NCBI GenBank assembly: GCA_007376145.1
Contig: VMFP01000004.1
Coordinates: forward strand, 70,988 to 134,987
Direction of reading: 5' to 3'
Origin: Parcubacteria group bacterium Gr01-1014_38
GTDB lineage: Bacteria > Patescibacteriota > Andersenbacteria > UBA10190 > CAIZMI01
DNA length: 64,000 nt
The notes under the pieces were generated by a model, which saw only the letters and a program-made list of their open reading frames with translations, ran no database searches and was not told where the DNA came from. A program made the translations under genes and the position numbers. Of this stretch, positions 1 to 9,527 are shown in pieces; positions within the stretch are counted from its first letter, which is position 1; every line of letters begins with the position of its first letter.

Positions 1-994
1 CATCTTGCGTTCCTCCAGATCGGAAGAGAAGAGCGGTTCGCGTACGTCGGAGGAGAAGCCGCAGCACGCCGAAAACTGCGAAGAGGCTCACCCACCACGA
101 TGATGCTTTTACAAGTCGTGGGAGAACGGCCTGCTGCGGGTCCTCCCGCACATCCTTCTGAAGAGCGGCGGGATGTTTCCAGAGCGTGGTCCACCCGGTA
201 ATGTCGAGCAGGCTGTACACGCGTGACGGCATATCCCGCAGGCGTGTTCCGTACCCGCAGTCTTCGAGGCAGCGAAAATATGTGGGATTCCACAGCTTGC
301 CGAATGTCTTCGTAGCGAGCACAAGCCAGGGCGACATACAGAGAATCGTCACCCCGCCGATCGCGAGAACCGTCCGCCAGGGAACACGAAGACGAAGAAG
401 TGGGAGAAGAACGACCAGCGCGAGCATGCTCTCATAGCGTGTAAGCGCAAGCGCAGCGAAAATGACGCCTGTGATCACGACCCAGGCACGCGTCTTCCGC
501 ACGGACACCGCACAGAAGTTTGCCAGACTAAGAAGAAAGAGAAACGTGGTATCGGCAAGCTCGCGGATCCCGTTGCCGAGAAGCACCGGATGCACAAGAC
601 CGACAAACAGCAGAAGCGCAAACGGAAGCGACGCAAGTTTCAAACGTCTTCCGATGGCATACAGAACGACCGGCGTCAGCATATACGCGAGCACACTGAT
701 GGTGCGGGCAACGGCAACCGGATCGTCAGAAAACGTGCGGCCGAGAAGGATGAGGACGGAATACAGCGGGAGCCGTTTCTCATCGCTGGGAAAGGTTCCC
801 TGCGCGAGAAAATCCGCCATGACAATAAAATTGAAGGTGTCGCCCGCCGGCATGACGCGCGATCGCGCCGCAAATGTTCCGGCAGCTGCAGCAGCCACCA
901 GAAAGAGCGCAATCCCGATGCAGATATCGCGCACCCATGCCGGTTGCCAGCGACGCGGATCCGCTACGCGGATGAGCACATCCGATGGTGTCAT
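1..994 (-). CDS. GT-C fold membrane glycosyltransferase, ArnT/PMT_2-like (5' part only; gene continues beyond window start)
   Basis: My own minus-strand translation from ATG at 994-992: MTPSDVLIRVADPRRWQPAWVRDICIGIALFLVAAAAAGTFAA...FPSDEKRLPLYSVLIL.... It has multiple hydrophobic helices and the first-loop DE motif typical of ArnT/PMT_2 proteins. It is absent from the ORF track because no stop lies within the window. Its ATG overlaps the stop of the upstream gene (ATGA). Confidence 0.5.
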   Translation of the reverse strand, partial: MTPSDVLIRVADPRRWQPAWVRDICIGIALFLVAAAAAGTFAARSRVMPAGDTFNFIVMADFLAQGTFPSDEKRLPLYSVLILLGRTFSDDPVAVARTISVLAYMLTPVVLYAIGRRLKLASLPFALLLFVGLVHPVLLGNGIRELADTTFLFLLSLANFCAVSVRKTRAWVVITGVIFAALALTRYESMLALVVLLPLLRLRVPWRTVLAIGGVTILCMSPWLVLATKTFGKLWNPTYFRCLEDCGYGTRLRDMPSRVYSLLDITGWTTLWKHPAALQKDVREDPQQAVLPRLVKASSWWVSLFAVFGVLRLLLRRTRTALLFRSGGTQD

Positions 995-3387
995 GCTTCC
1001 GTGAGGTGAAACGCGCGTCTGGCGCGCCACATCCACAAAGAGAGTCCAAGCGTACTTCCAAGACTTACCAGACCGGAAAGAAGCACGGCGGGCGGTGCAT
1101 AGCGGAGATGAACGGTGACCTGTCCGGCTGGTACCGGCACGGCGGTGAGAAACATATACGCGCGCTGCGGTGCTACTGCTTTTCCGTTGACCGTCGCACG
1201 AAAACCCGGATAGGAGAGTTGAGAGAACAGCAATGCACCATCCGCGGGGACCGTTCCCGAAACTCTCCATACTCCCGGAGCCGGAGAAACACTGTCGAGG
1301 CGAACATCGGACTGCAGCGCGCGCACATGGGCAACACGCTCCGGAAGTTCTTCCGGTGAAGGATCAGCAATCACTGTATCGGTAAACGAAACGCGCGGCA
1401 ACGGGTTTGGCACCGCATGAATGAACACATGCGTCACGTAGTCCGGTCGCCACTCCAGGTGACGAGCTTTCTGCAGCAATCCCGAGAAAAACCCGTAGAC
1501 CTCGAAGGAGCCGGGAAATGGATCCCACGGAATGTCCGTGAGGAGAGGAAGAGATGGAACGGGCTTTGCGGCCAACAGATACTCCACACCGGTCAGTTGA
1601 AGGAAGCGAAGAAAGAACGGTGAAAATGTTCCTGTTTCCCACGGCTGAACGGCGGCGATCGTCGGCTGGCTCTGAATCCCCGGCAGAAACCACCCCAGTT
1701 CTGCAGGGCCAACAACTGCGAGGTTGTATGCCGGCGCAAGAAAGTCCAAGCATGGTCCCGGCCACATCGCAACATCGGGAAGACAGAACACACGCGTGGG
1801 GCGATCGCGTTCCCCGAACTGTTCGCGTACGAACTGAAATTGCGGCATGCGCGTGCGCTCAATTTTCCCCGCCTTGGGAATCGTGAATTCAGACCAGGAA
1901 AGCCCGCGAGCAGGATCGCTTCGAGCCTCTTGAATACGCTCCGGCTTCCAGATGGCAGTCAGGCCGAACGCTGCGAATAACACGACGCCTCCCGCTCCCC
2001 ACGCAATGCCGCGCGTCCGCCGATGCAGTACAAGTGATTGCAGCCGCGGAAACGAGAGACGGCGTATACCCCACCGAAGCACACGTCCAGAGCACCGCAG
2101 AATGGCATCAATACCCACACCGGAAAATATCGTGAGCGGCATCAGCAAGATCGCACCAACGACCGGAAAGACCCCGGCATGATCAAACAACGGAAAGCAA
2201 CACCACGCGATGTTGAAGAACAGCCCGCGAACAAAGAGATTTGCCAGCAGCAGAAACAAGACGCTGTGATGAACGGCAAGAGTGGAGCGGCGCCATGAGG
2301 AAACAACAAGCGCAGCACTCATGCCAACAAAAGCGAGGAGAACAAATGATTCCTTTGGCGCGTACGGAACGCCAAAGTACGCTGGCGACGATTGTTCCGG
2401 AAGAAGACGCTTCCCGAGCGGCCCGGTGAGCGTCACGCGGAAAAATTCTTGCGCGGTGAGATCACGAATGCGCCATCCGCCGACCGGATTCCATCGCCCT
2501 TCCCCCACACGACCGGTGAGGCGTGACTTCTCTCCCTGCGCGCGCGCGAGTTCGACTGACGCGACATGTTCCGGAGCGACCACCAGAAAGGCAACGAGCA
2601 GGCAGACCGTACCCCCGAAAAGAAGACGCACAATTGGCCGCCACGTGCGTTGTGCCGCATGACGAATAACCTCCACCATCGCGAGAATCGTCGCGCCGAG
2701 AAGGGCAACCACGGCGACCGTCGGCACATTGATCATCAGAAAGGCTACGGGAATACCCGCGAGCGCTGCGTCTCGCACTGCGCGCGTCTTCAAAAACTGC
2801 ATGAGCATTGCCCAGAACCACGGAAGCCACGCGTAGGCAATCGCATAGGTCACATGAATCTCGAAGCCGAAGCGGCGAAAGACCCAGGGATTGAAGATGA
2901 ATGGAACAGCCGCAAGCAGCGCGCCCGGGACGGATACGCCGGCGCGCCGCACAAGAAGATACGCCCCGACGGCACCAACCACCATGTGCGCAATAACAAG
3001 AACCGTGACGCCTGTTGCGGCGTCACGAACGAAAAGCGTCAGGGTGGTCAGCGGAGAAAAATATGCAACATAGGGATTGGCGAGCGTGGGCAATCCAACG
3101 CCCAGCGTATTCATCCAGAGCGGTGCTTGGCCTGCCCGAATGCTGTCTTGGTAAGCGCCAACGTACGGCTCGAGGATGGCGTTCGCCGTCGCCTGCGTGA
3201 GCGTTTCCGTACGCGGATTCACCACATGAAGAAAAAATCCGGCGATGAGTGCGGCGAGTGCCAACAGAACAATCCATTCACGTCGCATATATTGCCAAAA
3301 CGGAACCAGAAGGAGCGTAAACAGCACCCACGGAACAAGCAGTACCGTTCCTAGGAGAAGGTGATCAAGCAGCTGCATCCACCACAT
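991..3387 (-). CDS. YfhO-family polytopic membrane protein (putative lipid-linked-sugar dependent glycosyltransferase)
   Basis: 798-aa ORF with many TM segments. The first extracytoplasmic loop reads ...PYVGAYQDSIRAGQAPLWMNTLGVGLPTLANP..., the conserved YfhO pattern Y..G.PLW...G.G.P. It lies next to a GT2 polyprenol-P sugar synthase gene. Confidence 0.65.
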   Translation of the reverse strand: MWWMQLLDHLLLGTVLLVPWVLFTLLLVPFWQYMRREWIVLLALAALIAGFFLHVVNPRTETLTQATANAILEPYVGAYQDSIRAGQAPLWMNTLGVGLPTLANPYVAYFSPLTTLTLFVRDAATGVTVLVIAHMVVGAVGAYLLVRRAGVSVPGALLAAVPFIFNPWVFRRFGFEIHVTYAIAYAWLPWFWAMLMQFLKTRAVRDAALAGIPVAFLMINVPTVAVVALLGATILAMVEVIRHAAQRTWRPIVRLLFGGTVCLLVAFLVVAPEHVASVELARAQGEKSRLTGRVGEGRWNPVGGWRIRDLTAQEFFRVTLTGPLGKRLLPEQSSPAYFGVPYAPKESFVLLAFVGMSAALVVSSWRRSTLAVHHSVLFLLLANLFVRGLFFNIAWCCFPLFDHAGVFPVVGAILLMPLTIFSGVGIDAILRCSGRVLRWGIRRLSFPRLQSLVLHRRTRGIAWGAGGVVLFAAFGLTAIWKPERIQEARSDPARGLSWSEFTIPKAGKIERTRMPQFQFVREQFGERDRPTRVFCLPDVAMWPGPCLDFLAPAYNLAVVGPAELGWFLPGIQSQPTIAAVQPWETGTFSPFFLRFLQLTGVEYLLAAKPVPSLPLLTDIPWDPFPGSFEVYGFFSGLLQKARHLEWRPDYVTHVFIHAVPNPLPRVSFTDTVIADPSPEELPERVAHVRALQSDVRLDSVSPAPGVWRVSGTVPADGALLFSQLSYPGFRATVNGKAVAPQRAYMFLTAVPVPAGQVTVHLRYAPPAVLLSGLVSLGSTLGLSLWMWRARRAFHLTEA

Positions 3388-3402
3388 CGCCGCGCGCCGC
3401 TT

Positions 3403-4155
3403 CTAGTGGCGTACCGTTTCCCTTCCCCGCACAGCATCTCGAACGGGCATGCGGAGCGGTAGAGCTGCCTCACGCTGCGCGCGCCCGAGCGTTTCGAGAC
3501 GAAGGCGAACAAGGTATGCCAAATTCTCCCATCCGTGACGGAAGGGCCGGAGTGTGCTTTCTCCACGTCGAAGAGCGTACGGAATATGCGTTTCCCCAAA
3601 TGCGCCGCCGGCAAGTACCACCTTCAGTTTGAATTCTTCCGAAAACGGCATGCTGGGCTGTGTGGGACGAATGACATCCAACAATTCCCGACGAAACACC
3701 CACATACCGGATTGCGTGTCTTGCACGCGCGCCCCAAAAAGAACGCGCGCAGCGCCGGTCAGAAGATGATTCCCGAGTCTGCGGATCCGTGGCATTGCCT
3801 TTCCCTGCAAGGGAAACCTGGAACCGGAAAGACAATCAAGATTTCGATCGAGAAACTCGTTCACAAGGCGCGGCGTGTGTTCTATAGGATATTGTCCATC
3901 ACCATCCATGGTGACAAGAATGTTCGCTCTCGCAGCACGGAATCCTGCTTGATACGCGCGCCCATACCCCGGCTCTTTCTCAAACACGACATGCGCTCCA
4001 TGCGCTCGCGCAATTTCCGCGGTTTGATCTGTCGAATTGTTGTCGACAACAATCACTTCATCCACCGAAGACGGCACCCGCGAAAAGAGACTTTCCAACC
4101 CCCGCTCTTCGTTGTGGCAGGGGATGACAATGCCGATCGTGTTCCCGCGGATCAC
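3403..4155 (-). CDS. GT2 glycosyltransferase, polyprenol-phosphate sugar synthase type (Dpm1/GtrB/ArnC-like)
   Basis: N-terminus IGIVIPCHNEE...VIVVDNNSTD...MDGDGQYP carries the GT-A DxD and DGD motifs. Length is 250 aa. Confidence 0.8.
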   Translation of the reverse strand: MIRGNTIGIVIPCHNEERGLESLFSRVPSSVDEVIVVDNNSTDQTAEIARAHGAHVVFEKEPGYGRAYQAGFRAARANILVTMDGDGQYPIEHTPRLVNEFLDRNLDCLSGSRFPLQGKAMPRIRRLGNHLLTGAARVLFGARVQDTQSGMWVFRRELLDVIRPTQPSMPFSEEFKLKVVLAGGAFGETHIPYALRRGESTLRPFRHGWENLAYLVRLRLETLGRAQREAALPLRMPVRDAVRGRETVRH

Positions 4156-4280
4156 GGTGGCACTCTATCGTATTTCCCAAATTCTCAAAAGCAGAAGTTT
4201 ACGTCGCGGCGTGCACGCGGTCAAGGCAAGCGCGTTCCGCGTGCGCAAGAAGACGAGTAAACCCTGATCCCTGATCCGAG

Positions 4281-4309
4281 TTGACTGCCGAAAAGAGACA
4301 CCGTAGGGT
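4281..4309 (+). promoter_or_regulatory. candidate sigma70-like promoter upstream of methyltransferase 4448
   Basis: TTGACT, a 17-nt spacer, then TAGGGT, in the divergent intergenic region. A tandem CCTGATC CCTGATC repeat sits just upstream. Confidence 0.2.
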
Positions 4310-4447
4310 ACAGGATACGTTCTTATGCCGTCGCCGAGTGTACTCCAGCGACCGAACCTTCTGGCATGCCGAGGTTGAGAGAGGCGGCTGTTCCGGCGGA
4401 CGCAGATACTCGAAAGTTGTAACCATTTTGGAAGAAATCAAGGAGAC

Positions 4448-5207
4448 GATGGGTGCGACATCTGCGATGACCCGGAAGCAGACCGCCGTACTGTACGACG
4501 ACCTTTTTGATCGCTTTGATGAAGGGGCATTCGCCTTCGCGGTAAAGGAATCAGAACGGTATTACGCCCTTCCGGACGTTCGAGGAAAGCGCTGCCTGGA
4601 TGTGGAGGGTGGTGCAGGAGCCTTCATCTCTCGTCTCTTCCAGGCGGGCGCTCTCGAAGTGCACGGGGTGGATATCGGCGAAAAAAACTGTGTAAGCGTC
4701 CTTCACTGGAATAAACCATGGAAGGATCGGCTCGTCGTGAAGCAGGGCTCGGTAGAGTCCTTGGAGTATCCCGACGGGTTTTTCGACTTCGTGCACAGTG
4801 GCGGTGTCGTCCATCACCTTGTGCAGCCGGAGCAAGGATTCGAAGAACTCGCGCGTGTCACGAAACCGGGCGGGCTCACGGTCATCGGCGTGTATGGTCG
4901 TGGCGGGCTCATGCCATTCACCATTTCGGTTCTCCGACGCATCGCCTCTCTTCTTCCCTACTCGCTGGTGTCACGTGTCGTCTCCTGGTTTTTCTCGAAT
5001 CCGTACAGTCAATATCTTGTGTTGGACTTTCTCTACGTGCCTATTGTGCACCGGTACCGCGAAGAAGACATCCGACGATGGTATGAAGATGCGGGATACA
5101 CAGACATCACGCGTTCGAGACTTCACGCGCGATACACGTATGGATCCCTCTCCGCCCACCTCTTCCATGGAGAGGGATACATCACCCTCCAAGGAAGAAA
5201 GCGTTAG
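4448..5207 (+). CDS. class I SAM-dependent methyltransferase
   Basis: Motif I KRCLDVEGGAGAFISRLFQAG. The start at 4448 is preceded by AAGGAG spaced 6 nt upstream. The listed ORF (4281) is extended on its 5' side. Confidence 0.6.
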
Positions 5208-5240
5208 CGGCGTTCCCGCGCACGAAACCTTACGCGCACC

Positions 5241-5789
5241 TTACTCGAACGGCGTGATCTCTGATAAGAGCGGCTGATGCGTATCTTTTTCCGAAACAAT
5301 GAACGGCTCGTTTCCCCACTGAATCCCTAGACTTGGGTCGTTAAAACGCAGGCCGCCTTCACACTCTGGCTTGTAGGGAGCGGTCAGTTTGTACTGCACG
5401 AGCGTGTCGTCTTCTAATGACAGAAACCCGTGAGCGAATCCTTCGGGCATCCATACTATTTTCTTGTTGCTGCCCAGAAGGAATGCGTCCCACTGACCAT
5501 ACGTCGGCGAGGATTTTCTTATATCCACCACTACGTCTTTTATGCTTCCTTGTATGACGCGCACGAGTTTTCCCTGGGCGTACGGTGGTTTTTGGAAGTG
5601 AAGCCCCCGGATGACATTCTTGTGCGATACTGACTCATCATCCTGAACAAACTGCGACGGTATTCCTATGCGTTCAAAATACTCTTTGTTGTAGCTTTCC
5701 AGGAAGTATCCCCGTTCATCCGCATAACTCCGTATGTCAATCTGAAACACTCCCTTCAGCCGTGATTCTTTCACCGAAAACTTTTCTTT
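5241..5789 (-). CDS. rmlC: dTDP-4-keto-6-deoxyhexose 3,5-(or 5-)epimerase, RmlC-family cupin
   Basis: ...VIRGLHFQKPPYAQGKLVRVIQGSIKDVVVDIR...WMPEGFAHGF... are hallmark RmlC motifs. The gene lies in the lower-GC block. Confidence 0.75.
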   Translation of the reverse strand, partial: KEKFSVKESRLKGVFQIDIRSYADERGYFLESYNKEYFERIGIPSQFVQDDESVSHKNVIRGLHFQKPPYAQGKLVRVIQGSIKDVVVDIRKSSPTYGQWDAFLLGSNKKIVWMPEGFAHGFLSLEDDTLVQYKLTAPYKPECEGGLRFNDPSLGIQWGNEPFIVSEKDTHQPLLSEITPFE

Positions 5790-5811
5790 CATACACAAAT
5801 GTCCCTGAATG

Positions 5812-6780
5812 TTACTCTACTTCCTTGAGCAGCACGCGTCTTCCCTCTCTGGCTGACACCCGTAAACATTCCATGACCCGTGCCTGCGATACGAGTCCGT
5901 TGTACTCCAAGGGCTTGCCGATCTTCTCAATAAAGTTTCTGAATGCTAGGTCAAACTGGTTTGCGCTTTCCGCATCAATCACTGCTTCGTTCCCTTGGGT
6001 GCTCACGGTGATGTGAGGCCGTACCTCTGGAGGTATGCCGTACGCTCTCCCGACATGAATTTTTCCCTTTGTTCCGATGACCGAATACGTACTCTGGTAG
6101 ACATGGTTGAACCCGAAGAATCCCGTTGCCGTTCTTCCCCTGTCAAATTCCATCAGGAAACTCCCTTCGGTATCGACGTGCGCGTCCCCGCTGAACAGCG
6201 TGCAGGTCGCGGCTCTTGGCTCTCCTGAAAGCATTTTTCTTGCCATGAATACGAGGTACCCTCCCGCGTCATTGAGTGCCCCTCCCCCCAGCTCACTCTT
6301 GTACCGTATGTTATCACCCGCGAATGGGGAGTAGCAGTAGAAAGAACTGAAATGTCTTGTTTCTCCGATGTCTCCGTTTCTCGTCACGGACACAACCTTT
6401 TCGTGCTGGGGGTGGTGGTCGACCACGTAATTTTCGACCAGCAACACGCCGTGTTCCCTGCATGTCTTCACCATGCTTTTCACTTCTTCGTATGATCCCG
6501 CCAACGCTTTCTCGCACAGCACATGCTTCCCTGCCCTTGCCGCTTTCTCGACCCATTCTTTGTGCAGTCCAACGGGGAGGGGAATATACACTGCGTCAAT
6601 ATCATTCCTTTGGAGAAGCGAATCATAACTCTCATGATCGCACCCATATTCTTGAGCCCACTCCTTCCCTTTTTGGCCTCGGCTCGCCAGGGCGACAAGA
6701 CTTGCGGTTCTTTGTATTGAACCAATCGCATACTTCCTTGCTATACTTGCGCACCCGAGGACGCCGAATCGTACACGCAT
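5812..6780 (-). CDS. Gfo/Idh/MocA-family NAD(P) sugar oxidoreductase (candidate NDP-hexose 3-ketoreductase, KijD10/TylC1-like)
   Basis: N-terminal Rossmann segment MRVRFGVLGCASIARKYAIGS. The family call rests on the overall Gfo/Idh/MocA pattern. The gene sits between a C-methyltransferase and an epimerase in the cassette. Confidence 0.7.
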   Translation of the reverse strand: MRVRFGVLGCASIARKYAIGSIQRTASLVALASRGQKGKEWAQEYGCDHESYDSLLQRNDIDAVYIPLPVGLHKEWVEKAARAGKHVLCEKALAGSYEEVKSMVKTCREHGVLLVENYVVDHHPQHEKVVSVTRNGDIGETRHFSSFYCYSPFAGDNIRYKSELGGGALNDAGGYLVFMARKMLSGEPRAATCTLFSGDAHVDTEGSFLMEFDRGRTATGFFGFNHVYQSTYSVIGTKGKIHVGRAYGIPPEVRPHITVSTQGNEAVIDAESANQFDLAFRNFIEKIGKPLEYNGLVSQARVMECLRVSAREGRRVLLKEVE

Positions 6781-6782
6781 TT

Positions 6783-8051
6783 TTACACTGGAACCCTCTC
6801 GATGACTCTGGGTTTTGGAATAGCGATGAGGTATTTGCCCCCCGCCTCGCTGAAATGTTTTGTCTTCCGCATGATTTCGTCAGCAAAATTCCAGGCCAGG
6901 ATGAGTAGGTAATTCGGCGGCTCTTCTGCCAGACGATCGCTGGAGACGATCGGAATGTTTGTTCCCGCATAGATGAGGCCGTGCTTGTCCTTCGTGTCAT
7001 CGACAATGTACGGCAGGTCTTGTTCCGTCAGGCGGCAATAGTTCACGAATGTGTTTCCTTTCACCGGCGCTCCGTAGCCTGCAATTGTTTCTCCGCGAGC
7101 GTGTACACGGTCAATGCATTCTCGTGTTTCCTTGCGTATCACTGCGGCATTTCGTTCCAGTTGTAGATAGCTTTCGGGATTGAGCAGCCCGTTTTCTCTC
7201 TCCTGCCGCAGATATCCTTCTACGACATCTTCCTGTACGGGCATGCGTTTGTTGCTGCTCTTCACTGCCGTTACTCGGATGCTTCCGCCATGGATGTTTG
7301 CGAATTCTTCCACGTTGCTGATGTTCATATCATGCATCGAGAACAGCCGTTCAAGCGGACTGACCAGGTAGTACGAGTGGTGTTCATGGAGGATGGTGTC
7401 GAATTCTTTGTGTTGGAGAAGATTCTTTGCGTAGCTTGCTTCCATCACGAAGACTCCATCATCGGACATGGCTTTTTTCGCTCCTTCAATGAACCCGTGA
7501 ACGCCATCGATGTGAGCGAACACATTTGTTGCGGTCACCACATCCATTGTTCCTTTTCTGCGCACGACTTCTTCCGCACTCTGGCTGTCCCAGAATGCGC
7601 AGATGGTCTCTATTCCTTCAGCTCTCGCTTTCTCAACGAGTTTTTCCGCAGGATCAACTCCGATGCACTCATAGCCCTGCTTCCTGAATTCTTTAAGCAG
7701 GCATCCGTCATTACTTGCGATGTCCAGGACTTTCAGTCCTTCCTGTCCGCCGAATAATTCTTTGAGGCTTCCCGCCATCCGGTAACAATGTTCCTGGAAC
7801 GTTTTCGATACGGATGAATTATAGGGATAGCTTGATGAGAACAAGTATGCTGGCTTAACGATGACTCCCAGCTGTGACAGCCCGCAGTCTCTACACAGGT
7901 TCACTGATAAAGGGATTTTTTTGTCGTGCTCCTCTCCCGGCTTCTTAAAAGCCGTTGCGACAGGCATCTCACCAAAGTCGATGTACTTCAGAAGATTCCG
8001 GGAATCACAAATTCTGCAGCTCGTCCGCTCCCAATACATGTTCGCATTCAT
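6783..8051 (-). CDS. NDP-hexose C-methyltransferase (TylC3/NovU/CloU family) with N-terminal Cys4 Zn ribbon
   Basis: The N-terminus has CRICDS...CRDCG. The SAM motif is LKVLDIASNDGCLL and the C-terminal domain ends ...YLLILAWNFADEIM. It is a paralog of the ORF at 61993-63282. The start may be 8051 or 8039. Confidence 0.75.
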   Translation of the reverse strand: MNANMYWERTSCRICDSRNLLKYIDFGEMPVATAFKKPGEEHDKKIPLSVNLCRDCGLSQLGVIVKPAYLFSSSYPYNSSVSKTFQEHCYRMAGSLKELFGGQEGLKVLDIASNDGCLLKEFRKQGYECIGVDPAEKLVEKARAEGIETICAFWDSQSAEEVVRRKGTMDVVTATNVFAHIDGVHGFIEGAKKAMSDDGVFVMEASYAKNLLQHKEFDTILHEHHSYYLVSPLERLFSMHDMNISNVEEFANIHGGSIRVTAVKSSNKRMPVQEDVVEGYLRQERENGLLNPESYLQLERNAAVIRKETRECIDRVHARGETIAGYGAPVKGNTFVNYCRLTEQDLPYIVDDTKDKHGLIYAGTNIPIVSSDRLAEEPPNYLLILAWNFADEIMRKTKHFSEAGGKYLIAIPKPRVIERVPV

Positions 8052-8062
8052 AGAGAACTTCT

Positions 8063-8084
8063 GTATGCTAGGATCCTAGCATAC
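8063..8084. promoter_or_regulatory. perfect 22-bp palindrome GTATGCTAGGATCCTAGCATAC between divergent start codons (candidate operator or RBS-sequestering hairpin)
   Basis: The reverse complement is identical to the sequence itself. It ends one nucleotide before the ATG of the 2,3-dehydratase (8085) and lies 12-24 nt from the divergent C-methyltransferase start. Confidence 0.4.
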
Positions 8085-9518
8085 ATGAGAGCCGACCTTT
8101 CTGCATCACCACACCTGGCAGCGACGGAACCGAGGGGAAAAACGAGGGACGGATTCCTTGGTTCCGAACTCACCCTCGATAATAGATTCCAGACGCTTGC
8201 TGATTTTCTTCGGTGGTTCGAATCGCGGAAGAAGGCTCACCCGTTCGTGGTACGGCGGGTTCCTCTTAACACGCTTGACCAGTGGCGTTTTGATTCGCGG
8301 ATGACATGTTTCGGCCATGCATCTGGGAAATTCTTCGCGATTAAGGGCTTGAGAGTTTCCCTGAACGGTGAGGAGTGGGACCAGCCAATTATTGATCAGC
8401 CGGAAATCGGCATTCTGGGAATCATCACCAAGAAATTTGATGGCGTACGATATTTCCTGATGCAGGCGAAGATGGAGCCGGGCAACATCAACTTGATGCA
8501 GCTTTCCCCCACTGTTCAGGCCACGCGGAGCAATTACACTCGGGTTCATCAGGGCTCACTCCCAAAATATCTTGAGTACTTCCTTGACGGGTCAACATCG
8601 CGGGTTCTTGTCGATCACTTGCAGACGGAGCACGGACGCCGGTTTTTGAGAAAGAGGAATAGAAACATGATTGTGGAGGTAGAGAAGGATATTCCGGTGT
8701 ATGAGGACTTCCGGTGGCTGACGCTTGGGGAACTGAAGCAGCTTGTCCGCATGGATAACTTCGTCAACATTGACTCACGGTCTGTTCTTTCCTGCATCAA
8801 CTTCCTTGATGAGAAGCGTGATACGGAAGCAATTGATGACATCTCCGATGGGTTCAAACGGGATATATTCGTTTCCATGATGCAGAGCAACGGTTCGCTC
8901 CACAATATGAATGACATCATCCACTGGTTTACGGACATGAAAGCAAGGACGGAACTCACTACGACAGAAATTCCGCTGAACGCACTGCGTGACTGGACCG
9001 TTACGGACACGGATATCCGCCATCACGCCGATCGGTTCTTCACAGTGATCGGCGTTTCCGTGGTGGCCGGTAACCGGGAAGTTGGCAGTTGGATGCAACC
9101 GCTCATCCAGTGCCATTCGCACGGACTCATCGGATTCCTTGTGAAAAAAATCAACGGCACTGCGCATGTTCTTGTCCAAGCCAAGGCGGAACCTGGAAGC
9201 TTCACGGTTGTTGAATTGGTTCCCACCGTTGAATGTGATGATACCGAGGAGAGAATAAAGCGCAGGTCCGCTCCGCCATTTGCAGAATTTCTTCTGAACG
9301 CTCCCTCGGACCGTCGGAGATTTGATGCATTCCAGAGTGAAGAGGGCGGCCGGTTCTATCACTGTCAAAACCGCTGCATGATCGTTGAGACTGATGAAGG
9401 ATTCCCTATTCCCCCGAATTACACATGGATGACGTTAAACCAAATCATGTCCCTCATCCCGCACAATTACTTCAACATTGATGCGCGGAACCTTCTCACC
9501 TACCTCCGCCTGCAATAG
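8085..9518 (+). CDS. NDP-4-keto-6-deoxyhexose 2,3-dehydratase (EvaA/TylX3/OleV family, duplicated Nudix-like halves)
   Basis: 478 aa from MRADLS. It has two repeated halves, each with ...FLMQAKMEPGN... / ...VLVQAKAEPGS... motifs typical of sugar 2,3-dehydratases. The listed ORF (7926) is extended 5' into the divergent gene. Confidence 0.75.
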   Translation: MRADLSASPHLAATEPRGKTRDGFLGSELTLDNRFQTLADFLRWFESRKKAHPFVVRRVPLNTLDQWRFDSRMTCFGHASGKFFAIKGLRVSLNGEEWDQPIIDQPEIGILGIITKKFDGVRYFLMQAKMEPGNINLMQLSPTVQATRSNYTRVHQGSLPKYLEYFLDGSTSRVLVDHLQTEHGRRFLRKRNRNMIVEVEKDIPVYEDFRWLTLGELKQLVRMDNFVNIDSRSVLSCINFLDEKRDTEAIDDISDGFKRDIFVSMMQSNGSLHNMNDIIHWFTDMKARTELTTTEIPLNALRDWTVTDTDIRHHADRFFTVIGVSVVAGNREVGSWMQPLIQCHSHGLIGFLVKKINGTAHVLVQAKAEPGSFTVVELVPTVECDDTEERIKRRSAPPFAEFLLNAPSDRRRFDAFQSEEGGRFYHCQNRCMIVETDEGFPIPPNYTWMTLNQIMSLIPHNYFNIDARNLLTYLRLQ

Positions 9519-9527
9519 AAACCGAAA

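Noticed and set aside
462-1009. Plus-strand ORFs of 180 and 139 aa at the window start
   Set aside because: Both are Arg-rich and hydrophilic. The minus strand over the same span translates without a stop into a TM-rich ArnT-like N-terminus, and its ATG overlaps the stop of the next gene (ATGA).
4271-4284. Tandem CCTGATC-CCTGATC direct repeat upstream of the methyltransferase at 4448
   Set aside because: It has only two short units in an intergenic region. It is too short to call a regulatory iteron without further copies.
8071-8076. BamHI site (GGATCC) at the centre of the 22-bp palindrome as a possible cloning artefact or vector junction
   Set aside because: Both flanking coding sequences continue seamlessly with native codon usage and intact genes. 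A symmetric natural operator is the simpler explanation.
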